NCBI RefSeq assembly: GCF_009914755.1
Contig: NC_060935.1
DNA length: 64,000 nt
Reading direction: 5' to 3' (one strand)
Source: the human T2T-CHM13v2.0 reference genome, Homo sapiens
Below are positions 1 through 21,325 of the stretch, one piece after another; position 1 is the stretch's first letter; the number at the start of each line of letters is the position of its first letter. Both the position numbers and the translations under genes were made by a program. The notes beneath the pieces were generated by a model. The model saw nothing but the letters and a program-made list of their open reading frames with translations. It was not told the origin of the DNA and did not search any database.

Positions 1-3246
<3,246 letters not shown>

Positions 3247-3455
3247 AGATATTCTTTCTTAATGGTATATAAAATACTGCCACCTTTCCGTAGATGTCCT
3301 CTTAGATTTGATGAAATAAAGCATTATTCCTGTGTTATAGCTGAGAAATTATAGACACATGAGGTTAAGCCACTCACCCAAGACACAGAGCCAGTACATG
3401 AAAGGGCAAGGCTTTAAACTCAGGTAATGGAGGAGGCCTGGAATCCTCGGTGTCT

Positions 3456-4710
3456 GTGGTAGGCCATCTCCAAGACAGTCCCCAGTGATCCTAGCCTCCT
3501 GGTGTTCACACCCTTGTGTAATCTCCACCCCTTGAGGGTAGGCTGGACCTGGTGACTTGCCTCTAAGGAACAGAATAAAGCAAGTGATGGGTTGTCATGT
3601 TCTGGGTGGGAAAGTCTATGTACACGTATCCCCAAAACCCAAGGAAGCTGAGGCCAAAGAAAGCGGCTGACAAATTCGGTTTCTTAGAAAAAACATTTCT
3701 TTTTTTGTTGTTTCTTTTTGAGACGGAGTCTCGCTCCGTCACCCAGACTGGAGGGCAGTGGCACCATCTAGGCTCACCGCAACCTCTGCCTCCCAGGTTC
3801 AAGCGATTCTCCTGCCTCAGTCTCCCGAGTACTTGGGGTTACAGGTGCCCGCCACCATGCCCGGCTGATTTTTGTATTTTTAGTAGAGACCGGATTTCGC
3901 CATGTTGGCCAGGCTGGTCTCGAACTCCTGACCTCAAATGATCCGCCTGCCTTGGCCTCCCAAAGTGCTGGGATTACAGGTGTGAGCCACCACACCCAGT
4001 AAAAAAGAAACATTTAATATAGATTTAGGAACAGAAGCCAAGTCTGTGTCTCAGGCTGCAGCAAGACGTGATGGTGGATCCCCAGGCCATAAAGCCCCAG
4101 ACCCAGGGCTTATATACCACAGGGCAGGAATGTGTAAGACAAGTAAAGTTGAGACCTCAGAGAAAGGCAAGAATGTGATATGAATCTGCCTATGGGTAAG
4201 ATTTCTGGTAACAGTAGATAAAGTAGAAATCTTAGAGGCATTCCCAGAATGGGGGTTAATAAGAAGTCAACATGGTGGATTAGCATCCAAGATGGAGCTG
4301 CTCTGGACTCCACATGTCACTTCTGCAGTTAGGTCCCCAAAGATCCTGGCTTGTCTTTCTCGCCATCTCTTGCTCTCACTCGCTTGCTCTGATTAAAGCC
4401 AGCTGCCACATAGTGAGATGGTCTTTGGAGAGGCCCAAGTAGCAGCAATCAACCATCAACAAACAGAAGCCCTCAGTCCCACAATCCGAAAAGAATTGAA
4501 TTATGCAAACAACCACAAGAATGAGCTTGGAAGCAGATTCACCCCAGAAGGACCTGGAGAAGAGTTGACTGTAGCCTCCGAGAGATCCGAGCCAGAGACC
4601 TGCTAAGCCACGCCCCCATTCCTGACCCACAGAAACCAGGATAATAAATGTGTGTTGTTTTAAGTCTCTAAGTTTTGGGGTAATTTGTTAGATAGCAATA
4701 GACAACTAAC
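3456..4710 (+). mobile_element. MLT1 (MaLR) LTR interrupted by a second LTR (3598-4314) that itself holds an Alu
   Basis: MLT1-like start TGTGGTAGGC and end sequence; inner TG...CA element flanked by TSD TGTCA (3593-3597, 4315-4319); Alu at about 3700-3999. Confidence 0.7.
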
Positions 4711-4967
4711 AGTCTCCAATATTTAATGCCAGTTATTTACTGTGTTGGGTCGTGGGGACATTAAGGTGTTCTTTTAGCCTTCAAGGGGTACCTAGTCTGG
4801 TGAGGTAAGGCAGACATGTGTGATTGTGTTACTGTGTGTATTGGGTCATTGGGTGGGCTGGAGAGGGGACTGCCTATCTTACACAGCCTGGAGGTGTCAG
4901 GGCAGGCTTTTTGGGGAGGTGTCACTCACAAAGCAGAATTTTGAAAGGTGAGTAAGAGCTTGCCAGT

Positions 4968-5297
4968 TGCTATAGTTTGAATGTCTGTTCCAAAACTCAT
5001 GTCGAACTATAATTGCCATTATGACAGTATCAAGAGGTGATTAGGTGACTGGATTACTGCAATTATCAGGAAGTGGGTTCTTGATAAAAGTGAGTTCAAC
5101 CCCCTCTTGTCCTTGCTCACGTTTACTTTCTCTTACCCTTCCACCTTCTGCCATGGGATGACATAGCACGAAGGCCCACATCGGAGGCTGATGCCATTCT
5201 TTTGGACTTCCCAGCCTCCAGAACCATGAATCAAATGAACAGTTGTTTAGAAATTAACCTGTCTCTGTTACAGCAACACTAATCAGCCTAAGATACC
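4968..5297 (+). mobile_element. MST-family MaLR LTR
   Basis: TGCTATAGTTTGAATGT start; TGGACTTCCCAGCCTCCAGAAC motif; CTAAGATA end. Confidence 0.75.
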
Positions 5298-6846
5298 AGG
5301 TGAAGAAGGCAGAGAAGCAGTGAGGAGGGAAGGAGGAGAACACAGATTTTCTCCCTCTCCTCAGTGGATTTGGGAAGTTGTTTTAAGACTGCATCCTTGG
5401 CAAGAGGGTACTCCGCAGCTATGTGCTTGACGCAAGAGTGAGTGATTCATCCCACCACATCTCAAAAGTCTGTGAGTCAGCCAGTTCTTCCTGGGCTCAG
5501 ACCTTTGTGAGAGTGGGGATTTGAGTTGACTACGTGTGTTGAAGTGAGGGCGTTGAAGATTGTGTAATGGTTTTGTTGCTTTTTAACCAGGGTCAGGATT
5601 GACCTTTGGTGTGTTGTCAGGGTTGAAATTAAAAGGTCTGGGTACAAATCAGAGCCAGTGTTTGGGACAGGCTGGGGCAGAAGGTCAGGGCTCCTTTTTT
5701 ACATTCTCTTCACACTGGCCCTGTCATAGGTCCTCTGGGAGCTGAGCCTGGCAGATTTTAAGCAACCCTTCACCCAGGGAAGATTCAGAAACGGAGCAGA
5801 AAGGATGAGGGCAAGGCCAGGCCCTAGGGGACAAGGCTAGTGTGAGCCAAGAGCTGCAGCCAGCACTTCCCTGGCCCTGAATAGGGGTGCCCTCTGCAGT
5901 ACCCCAAACATGGAGGAGGCAGGACAGCTGGCTTCCAGTCCTGCCTCTGCTGCCGAGTCTGGGGAAGGAGACCTGAGTGACTGAAGCATGGGTTTTTAAA
6001 GCCCGGCTGACCAGGGTGGCCGACCAGCTCTGCCACTTAGTGGGCATGCTCTCCAGCCAGGTGCTTAATCTCCCTGATCCTCAGTTTTCTGATCTATAAA
6101 ATGAGATGACAATCCCCACATCATAGGACTATCATGAGGTTTAAATGAAATCTGTGAAGGGGTTGACTCAAAACAGTGGTTAAAACAAAAAGGAGCTGGG
6201 TGTGATGGCTCATGCCTGTAATCCCAGCTAGTCAGGAGGCTGTGACAGGAGGATCACTTGAGACCAGGAGTTTGTGACCAGCCTGGGAAACATAGAGAAA
6301 CCTTCTCTCTAAAATAAACAAAGAAATACATAATAAAAATAAAACAAAAAGGAGCATGGAACAGATGTATGAGGTCCCTTCAGCACTCAAATTCTACCAT
6401 TCTGAGGCCAGGCGTGGTGGCACACTTTGGGAGGCTGAGGTGGGCAGATTGCTTGAGCTCAGGAGTTCAAAACCAGCCTGAGTAACATGATGAAACTCCA
6501 TCTCTACAAAAAATACAAAAATTAGCCAGGCGTGGTGGCACATACCCGTAGTCCCAGCTACTCAGGAGGCTGAGGTGGGAGGATCACTTGAGCCCAGGTG
6601 GTCAAGGTTGCATTGAGCTGAAATTGTGCCACTGCCCTACAGCCTGAGCAACAGAGTGAGACCCTGTTTCAAAAAACAAAACAACCATTCTGAGGAATCT
6701 GCTGGCCCAGCCCCAAGCTTCTTTCTCTTCCTCCTGTCTTGGGGGAAAGAGTTGCTGCCAGTAGTCTCACCTTTAGAAGCATCCACACTCATGATTTCAT
6801 CTTATTTTTGAAACAACCCATTTTACAGGCTGGGTGCGGTGGCTCA

Positions 6847-8501
<1,655 letters not shown>

Positions 8502-8939
8502 ACCACCAACTCACTTTGTTCGAGGGCTTGCTGTGTGCCAAGCCCTGTGGACCACATTTAATACGCACAACAATTACCCAAGTTATTTGTCCCTCTTACG
8601 AATGAAGGAGAAAAATGTGCCCAAGGTCACAAGGCTGCAAGGAATGAAGCTACAGTTTACCCAGAGGCAGTTGGTCCTCAGAGCTTGAGTGCTCAAGGAT
8701 AGTGCTGTGCTGCTGGGACATTAGGGGCAGCGCTGGGCCTGGAAAAAATCCAGGCCTCCTGACTCCTAGCCTGGAGCCGTCCTGTTTCCTTCTGTTTCTT
8801 AAAAAAAAAAAAAAAAAAAAAAGAAATTCTCCAGTATTGTATAACACATATACCATAAAGTTTACCATTTCAACCATTGTTGTGCAACCAATCTCTGGAA
8901 CTCTTCATCTTATGAAATCTGAAAATTTACAGCCATTAA

Positions 8940-9164
<225 letters not shown>

Positions 9165-9467
9165 TGAGTAGCTGGGATTACAGGCGCCCGCCACCATGCC
9201 CAGCTAATTTTTTGTATTTTTAGTAGAGACGGGGTTTTACCATGTTGGCAAGGCTGGTCTGGAACTCCTGATCTCAGGCAATCTGCCTGCCTCGGCCTCT
9301 CAAAGTGCTAGGATTACAGGCGTGAGCCACCGGGCCTGGCCCAATTCTTAAAAGGCTGTCTCTGTTTGGTTGTTAAGCCATGGTGCTCAGTGTCAATGGA
9401 TGCCGGGGCCATAGAGATTCAGAGGAGAACAAACTCTTCAGGGATGAGGTAGTCAGGGAAGCTGCCT

Positions 9468-9623
9468 AGAGGAGAAGGAGGAGAAGGAGGAGGGGGGAGG
9501 GAGAGGGGAGGGGAAGGGGGGAGGGGAGGGGAGAAGGAGGGGGGAGGATGGGGGAGGAGGGAGGGGGGAGAGGAGGGGAGGGGGAGGGGAGGGGGAGGGG
9601 GGAAGGATAGGTGAAGGAGGGAG
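9468..9623 (+). repeat. Polypurine (G/A) low-complexity tract, G-quadruplex/H-DNA prone
   Basis: About 155 nt of almost pure G/A with many G3-G7 runs. Confidence 0.9.
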
Positions 9624-9679
9624 TGGCAATTTCCTCCCCTTGGCCTTCACTCCTTGACCCAGAAGGTGGGGAGGCAGTG

Positions 9680-9800
9680 GTGAGGTGACTCAGGGATGCT
9701 TGGCCCTGTGGCCTGCCCTTTGATTTATGAAAGCCACCTTGGCAGCACCAACCTTTGCCCCCAGTGATCTCTTGTCAGATGGGTGGAGGCACTGGGCCAC
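9680..9800 (+). promoter_or_regulatory. Proximal promoter of C11orf86: AP-1 site, DR1/HNF4-like site, TATA-like element
   Basis: TGACTCA 9686-9692; TTTATGAAA 9724-9732; CAACCTTTGCCCC 9749-9761 (minus strand GGGGCAAAGGTTG, DR1-like); directly upstream of the start codon. Confidence 0.55.
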
Positions 9801-9862
9801 CTCAGAGGGCCAGTGTCTTGCTGAGGGGCCGGAGCAGTCCTGTGCCTGCAGCCTCCGGAGCC

Positions 9863-10138
9863 ATGGGAACAGGGCTGCGAAGTCAGTCCTTGCGAGAGCC
9901 CCGACCCTCCTATGGAAAGCTGCAGGAGCCCTGGGGGAGGCCCCAGGAGGGCCAACTCCGCAGGGCGCTAAGCCTCAGACAGGGGCAAGAGAAGTCCAGG
10001 TCCCAGGGCCTCGAGAGAGGCACAGAAGGGCCAGATGCCACTGCCCAGGAGCGGGTGCCGGGGAGCCTGGGGGACACAGAGCAGCTGATCCAAGCCCAGC
10101 GAAGAGGCAGCCGGTGGTGGCTGAGGCGGTACCAACAG
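9863..10138 (+). CDS. C11orf86: C11orf86/FACI coding exon 1 (92 codons, MGTGLRSQSL...WWLRRYQQ)
   Basis: ATG in strong Kozak context (GAGCCATGG) at 9863; translation matches the FACI protein as I recall it, including YGKL and DTEQLI (DxxxLI) motifs; phase-0 donor CAG|GTATGG at 10138/10139. Confidence 0.93.
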
Positions 10139-10679
10139 GTATGGCTGTGGGCTGAAGGATGGAGGGTACCACAGCAGGTGGGCAGGGATTCCAGGGCAGG
10201 AAAGGTTCAGAGACAGAGCCAGCCCAGGCTGTGTACCAAGATGACAACCGAGCTGCCTGGAGATGAGGGTGCAGAGAGAGACACCCCAGAGCCACGTTTC
10301 AGAGGGCCCTGAAGGCATTTGGGATTTATCCCACAGGCACTGGGGAGCCACTGAAGGTTTTAGAGGAGGAGGGTGATATGGTAAGCGCTGTTTTTAGCTG
10401 ATTGATAGTATGCTGGATGGGGGAATAGAGCAGGAGGCAAGGAGATCAGCCAGTGCAACTTCCTGGGAAGTACACTGTGTGACCCTCTCACCCCAGAGAA
10501 AAAGGGGAGATCTGGACCCCTTTGTGGGGGGCTGCAGGCTCCCTCCTCTAAGAGACAGGGTCTCCAATGAGCAGTGCTTCTCTACCTGGGGTCTACCCCC
10601 ACCTCGTGGCTATGGGTGGAACAACATCTAAGCCCACCACTCAGCCCATGGGACCTCCCCCACCTCTGTCTTCCAGCAG

Positions 10680-10751
10680 GTAAGAAGAAGGTGGGAGAGC
10701 TTTGTCGCCATCTTCCCCAGCGTGACTCTGAGTCAGCCGGCCTCCCCGTAG
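10680..10751 (+). CDS. C11orf86: C11orf86/FACI coding exon 2 (VRRRWESFVAIFPSVTLSQPASP*); total protein 115 aa
   Basis: Polypyrimidine tract ctctgtcttccagcag acceptor; in-frame continuation to TAG 10749-10751; 92+23=115 aa. Confidence 0.92.
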   Translation, partial: VRRRWESFVAIFPSVTLSQPASP

Positions 10752-11484
10752 CCCACACTGGGCACCATCAGCTAAAGATGCTGGAAGCCATCGTGGCCCC
10801 CTTGCTGTGCCTGGACCAGCCCACCGTGTCTGCTGACCTACCTCTTCACAGCTCTCTGGACTTTGGCTGGGTGGCCCTAGGAGGCTTCTGCCACCAGCTC
10901 ACTGGAGTCGCCACGTGGCTGCCACTCTTAGCTCTGGCCCTTCCACTCCAGCACTAGCTCTCTTTGAAGATCCCAGCAGGGTCAAAAAGAAGGGGGCTCA
11001 GCTGTCTGCCCTCTGGGCTTGGGTAGGGGCCTTGGACTATGATTCTATGAAGGTTTAGAAGAAGCCTGCCCGGAATGGGGGCTGTGGACGCTCCTGCCCC
11101 ACACGACCAGCTGTCAACTTCCAGGACGGAGCTTGATGAAGCCAGACCCATGGCCGAGAGGCTCACGGACGTTGCCTGGTCACTGGGCCATGACCCAACT
11201 GCCCTTCTTGTCAGTTGCTGATGGTGGGCCAGGGCGCAGGTCTCCCTCCCAGATGGTGAGCCCTCTGGGGCAAGGACCACAGCTGGGTGGCCCTCCTGGC
11301 TGAGCACTCTGTGCTGAAAACCTTTGAACCTCACGGTGTCCTGATGAAGGAAGCAGAGGAAGTCTTCCTCCCTGTGTGACAGAGGGGGAAACTGAGGCCC
11401 AGAGTGGGGAAGGGATTTCTTGGTTTTGACATCTCCGACCCCACCCCACCCCATCCAGTGTCCAGCACTGGAGTCGAACACAGT

Positions 11485-11490
11485 AATAAA
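11485..11490 (+). terminator. C11orf86: Polyadenylation signal of C11orf86 (3' UTR about 10752-11510)
   Basis: Canonical AATAAA about 730 nt after the stop codon. Confidence 0.8.
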
Positions 11491-12591
11491 GATGCTGAGA
11501 AAAAGTCAACGATTTGCCTGGTGACTAACTCGCTGGCTCAGACCCCCACCCCCCCACCCCTGCTGACCCCTGTGAGGCAGGCTAAGCCCAAAGCATCCCA
11601 GAATGCTTGGGCAGGGGCACCAGGGCCCGGGGCGGGCTGGATCCCCCACCAGGCTGGGCCTTTCCTGCCACTTCTCTGGACCTTTCTCCCCAGAGGGATT
11701 GTGCCCACCCTGTGCTGACCTCAAGGCCAGCTTCAGAGGACCTGGCTCTCAGTGTCCTGCCTCTGTGCCCACCCCACTGAGGTGGGGCTCCTTCTGAGGC
11801 TTAGAGAGGCAAGGGCCACACAGAAGGAGAGGGTCTGACCCCAAAAAGCCTGAGCTCTTCGAGAGACACTGGCACTTTTTGCAGGGCCCCTGGGGCTCTC
11901 CAGGCTCAAGCAGGCCCAAGGACAAAGGTGAGGGAGCAGCTAAGTATCCTGGTCCAGGATCTGTTCCGGGGGGTGTTGTCCAGTGGACAGAGGGGAGGCT
12001 TCCGTTTCCCCAGAGACCAGGCCCCATCAGGGCCATTCAGAAACAAGGGGGGAGCTGGGAAAATTTTCTTCCAGGAAGCCTAGGGTGCCTGGCTGGGAAG
12101 CTAGATGGTAGGAGCCCACCAGAAGCCTTGAGCCCGGCCGGTCTTATGCTTCAGATACCCTTCTCAGCTTCTTCTGCAGTAGTACCTGAGGTGCCTCTGG
12201 GGAACCCCAGGACTCCAGGGAACAGAATTGAAATTCACAGCTCTGACCCACCTCTCAGTGTCTGGAGGAGGACCTCTCAATGTTCCTCCTCAATGTCTGG
12301 AGGAGGAAAATGGCACCCAGAATGGGGCAGGACTTCTCATCCTCCAGGACGCTGCCCTCCAAGTTTGTCCCAGCCTCTTTATCCTCAGAGAATCTCTAGC
12401 CCAACTCCCAGCAGTTCTAATTGTCACACTGACCAGTTAGTCTAGTTATGTGCTTTTTTATTTTCCTTTCTTTCTTTCTTTTTCTTTCTTTCTCTTTCTC
12501 TCTCTTTTTTTTTTTTTTTTTTGTCTAGTTATGTGCTTTTTTTTGAGATGGAGTCTTGCTCTGTCACCCAGATTGGAGTGCAGTGGCATGA

Positions 12592-12927
<336 letters not shown>

Positions 12928-12981
12928 TAGTAGGTGTTTAATGAATTATCATTCAGTGAATGAGGGACTGGCCCAAGGTCA

Positions 12982-15945
<2,964 letters not shown>

Positions 15946-16171
15946 GTAGAGGGGGGTAGTTTGATATGTGTAATAGGCAACACACACACCTCCTTCCCGT
16001 GACACTGGTGGCAGGGTAGCTCTCAGCTGGGGCACAGTAGCTTGAGGACAATGCCAAGAGAGGATCAAGGCATTTGATTATAACCTTCCTGGAAGGAATA
16101 AAGTTACGCGGTGCTGCAGACTGGTTGCCACGGCTGGGTAAAACCTTTACAACAGGCTCTGAGGTCCATTA

Positions 16172-16522
<351 letters not shown>

Positions 16523-16962
16523 TTACCAGTAACTTGGAAAAGCAGGGGAAAAAGGCAAAAAAGAAAGAAAACTTGTCCCCAGGCTGGAGGCCAGAAGGGT
16601 GGCCACAGAGTTTCTAAATTGGGTGACCGCTCTTCTGTCAATAATAGTCCCTGAAGAATTTTTAAACAGAGGAAGACAGGAAGAAGGAAAATAGCGTTTC
16701 TGAATCACTCACGGGGTCCACGCCTTCTTCTGGGCACTCAGCCAGGGCCATCTGGAGAGACAATAGGATTCAGTGGCTAACCGCGCTGGTGCTGGGGCCA
16801 GACTACCTGGGTTTGAATCTTGACTCTACCACTTGGTGGTTTATAACCCTGAGCAAGTCACTTATCTTCTCTGCCTCGGTTTCCTCATTTGTAAAATGCA
16901 GCTAATAACGGCACTCAGCTCCTAGGGTCACTGAGGGGCTCTCATGAATGTAAGGTCCTTAG

Positions 16963-17367
<405 letters not shown>

Positions 17368-17536
17368 TAGAACACTCTTCTCTCCCTTTTTCTAGCTTAT
17401 TCTCTCTTCATCTTTGGCTCAAGTATCTCATCCTCAGGGATGTCTCCCTCTCCTGCTCCCCCAGACTGAGCTGGTCTCCCTTCACCTTCCCAGAATCCTG
17501 GCTTCGTCCCCAGGGCCCCAGGCACTTAGACATCGG

Positions 17537-18008
17537 GTGTGGAGGGGGTTCAATGGTGGCCCCAAAGAGATGTGTCCATGTTCTAATCCCTGAACCTGTG
17601 AATGTGACCTTATTTGGAAAAAAGGTCTTTGCAGGTGTGATTAAGTTAAGATCTTGGGAGGAAGAGATCATTGTGGATTACCCAGGTAGGCCCTAAATCC
17701 AATGACAGGTGTCCTTGTCAGAGAGGCACACAAAGGAAAGACACAGAGGAAAGGCGACACAAAGATAGAGACAGAGATTGGAGTGATGTGGCCACAAACC
17801 TTGGAAGCCAAGGATTGCCAACACCACAGAAGCTGCAAAAGGCAAGGGAGGACCCTCCTCTAGAGCCTCGAGAGGGAGTGTGGCCCCATTGGCACCTTGA
17901 CCTTGACCTCAGGCTGCTGTTCCCCAGAACTGCGAGAGAACCCATTTCTGTTGCTTTCAGCCACTGGATTTGGTGTCATTTGTTACAGCAGCCACAGGAA
18001 ACTCACAA
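17537..18008 (+). mobile_element. MLT1C/D-like LTR
   Basis: AATGGTGGCCCCAAAGAGATGTGTCCATGTTCTAATCCCTGAACCTGTGAATGTGACCTTATTTGG...ACAGCAGCCACAGGAAACT. Confidence 0.8.
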
Positions 18009-18805
18009 GGTGTGTTTGTAGAATTCACCTGGAACAGAGTCCCCTGCCTCCCATTTGGACTGTCTTGGGTACAAAATAGGCCTTCATCATGTTAAGCCAC
18101 TGATTTGGGGGCTGCTCTTTATAGTCATGAGCCTACCCTGACTCATTCCATGTTAGTAACACGTGGCTCCCTCAGGAGACTGGAAACTCCTTGAGGGCAG
18201 GACCATGTCTCCCACTCACCATGAGCAGCCCACCCTGCACAGTGGCCGCCACATTGTAGGAAGAAGCATTTGTTGAATGCATTGAGGCTGAGACCTGGAG
18301 AATGAGCAGGAGTTGGCCAGATAAAGGGAGGGGATCAATCTTTCATGTGAAGGGAAAGGTGGAGCGGCATGGGAAAGGTCCAGAGGCTGGAGAGAACAGA
18401 GTTCACCTGGGAAGTGCCAACCCATTCCGTGGTCTAGGACACAGCAGATGCCCCCTGGCCCAGGCTCTGCACACGTTTGCTGCAAATGATTCCCCATCTC
18501 CTCTCCCTGCTCCCTGCCCCATTCAAGACTTCTTCAGGTCTTGCCCATCCTGGTTTTGTCTGCACATACGAACTTCACGGTCATGGGGCAGGTGGGTGGC
18601 TGGGAAAGACACTGACTGGGCCTCAGGCCAGGCTGTGGAACTGCCGCCCACACACTCATGCCCTTGGGCTTCCATTTCCTCCTCTGTCAAAGGGAGATGA
18701 TAAATTTCCTTGCCAGCTCTTAGGGCAGGGTGAGGTGACTGGAGGAGGCGTGGACCGCACTGAGCTGGGCCAGAGCCATGGCAGGGCTGGGTTCAAACCT
18801 GGTGA

Positions 18806-18898
<93 letters not shown>

Positions 18899-21196
18899 TG
18901 AGTAGCTGGGACTACAGGCTCCCGCCACCACGCCCACCTAATTTTTTGTATTTTTAGTAGAGACGGGGTTTCACCGTGTTAGCAAGGATGGTCTCGATCT
19001 CCTGACCTCGTGATCCGCCCGTCTCGGCCTCCCAAAGTGCTGGGATTACAAGCGTGAGCCACAGCGCCTGGCAGTCGAGTCCATTTCTATGTTCTATTTC
19101 AGCTGCCCCCAGTGGGCAGAGCAACCCAGTCCTCTCCCATGCCATGCGGTCTCAGGTACTCCTCATGGGGTCCTACAGACAGGATCTGGAGAAGCCTGTG
19201 ACCCCCTCAGTCCCTCCCCACCAAGCTCCACTCTCTCCTGCTCAACATCCCAACATCCCTCACCCAGCCTCTCCTCACACTTCCAGGGCTGGGGAGCTCA
19301 CTACTTACCAGGCTTTGATCTGCGCATATGACCCCTTCCCTCAAGATGCTCACTGTGGCTGGAGAGGCAGACAGACCAACAGACACATAACTGGCTGCTC
19401 TGCTACGAGGCAGAATGGAGTAAGTGTTCACTGGGGCAGCAAGGTGAAGATCACACAGAGGTCCCCATTCCTGAACCAGTGTGACATTCTGGGCCTGGCC
19501 AGACATCTTCCCCAGCTTCCTGCAAGCTTCCTGTGAGGGCAAAGCCTTCAAGAGGTAGAAAAAAACCATCTTGCAGGGGCAATGGGCCTGCTTGGCTGCA
19601 CTAATAGGGGAGGCGGCGAAGCAAGCAGGGAACGCTGTGCCCCCACCCACCTCTGAGTGAAGACTGCAAACTCAGGCTGGAAGGGCCCTAGGAGTCCAAC
19701 AGATGCAACCCATTTATTTTACAGATGAGGAAACTGAGGCTCCCACAGCAAACCAGAGGCAATGCTGGGGGTCCCCTTCCAGAACTCCTACCTCCCAGCC
19801 CAGAGTTCTCTGCCTGCACTGGGTATCCAAAGCCCCCTTCCCCGGGAGGCACCAAACTCAGGGTGCCCAGCCAGTCAGGAGAGCCAGGAGGGGCTCAGGC
19901 TCCGGTGGAAGTCTGAGTCCAAGCCTCCACCCTGCAACTAGCCTGCTGAGTGACCCTGGGGACACCACTGGTCTTCATTTTCTCCTCCGTAAAATGGGAT
20001 CCTGATCTTTGTTTCTCCCTTGGGCTGAAGGGCAGATGAGATGCTGAGTGTTGTAAGCGCTTTGCAAATTGCAGATGCTTTGTCCAGAGAGGCAACACCA
20101 CCATCACCCGCTCCTCACCACCTTCTTCATCATGTTAGAGAGTAAAAGCTCTGTGGCCAAACTGCCCGGGTTTGAATCCTGGCTCTGCCACTTGCTAGCT
20201 GGGTGACATCAGGCAAGCCACTTAACCTCTCTGTCCCTCGAATTGGCTGTCCCTCCTTACAAGATTGTTGAGTTAGTACATGTAAAACATGTGGAGCAGT
20301 TGGTCCTTGGTTCTTAGGAGCCAGTTCCAGGATGTTCTCCCTGTGCAACCCAGGGCAGGTCTCATCTCTGAGCCTCAGCAGCCTCCTCTGAAAAATGGGG
20401 ATGTTAATAATAGCACCTGGCTGGAGGCGACCTGGAGGATGGAGCAGGGCCAAGGCACACACTGTGCTGAGCCCAGGGCCAGCCCACAGAAGCGCCGGCT
20501 CAATGAGTGCCTCGGAAGCCTGGCATTTGGAGCCCAGTGTGTCCTCAGCTCACCTTGGCTGGTCTTGGCCTTGGCAGGCCCATGGGCAGCAGGGAAGGGC
20601 CATCAGGATCTGGGAAAGTGGGTCCAGCCCCAGACCAGATGGCCACCCTGGGGCCTCCCAGGAGGTGGGCTGTCCTTTAGTGACCTGCATGGTCGTGGGT
20701 TTGGGAGGAAGGAGCTTTCTCCCGGCCCCCTACTCCCACTGTGGCTGCCAAAGAACCCTCCCTGTCCCACCCCAGCCAGGCCATGTCTCCCTTCTCTGAG
20801 CTTCAGGTACAAGCAGTCAGTTAGTCAATAGTTGGCAAGGCTCACTCAGGGCCCTGCTAGGGCGAGGACTTCAGCAAAGATGAGTCGCGCCTGCGCACTG
20901 AAGTCCAGCCAGGTAGAGCCCACATCCCAGCACAAAGGTGCCCTGAGAAAGGCAAGGTTAGCTCTTGGAGGGTGGGCACCAGAGACAGCCTCCTGAGGAG
21001 GGGCCGGCAGAGCTGAGTGTGGGCTACCCCAGTGGAAGAGTTGGAAAGGCACATGAGGCAGAGGGAACGGCAGGTGCAAAGGCATGCAGATATGGAACAG
21101 CTGGAATATTGGGAGAACAAGGCAAACTCAGTTTCCTGGGGAAAAGGTGGAACTGGGGGATGTGAGGACAGAGAGTTTGGCAAGGGACAGAGCTCA

Positions 21197-21325
<129 letters not shown>

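Noticed and set aside
9755-9862. In-frame N-terminal extension of FACI from upstream TTG/ATG (ATG at 9779)
   Set aside because: Lies at or before the probable transcription start and has weaker context than the ATG at 9863.
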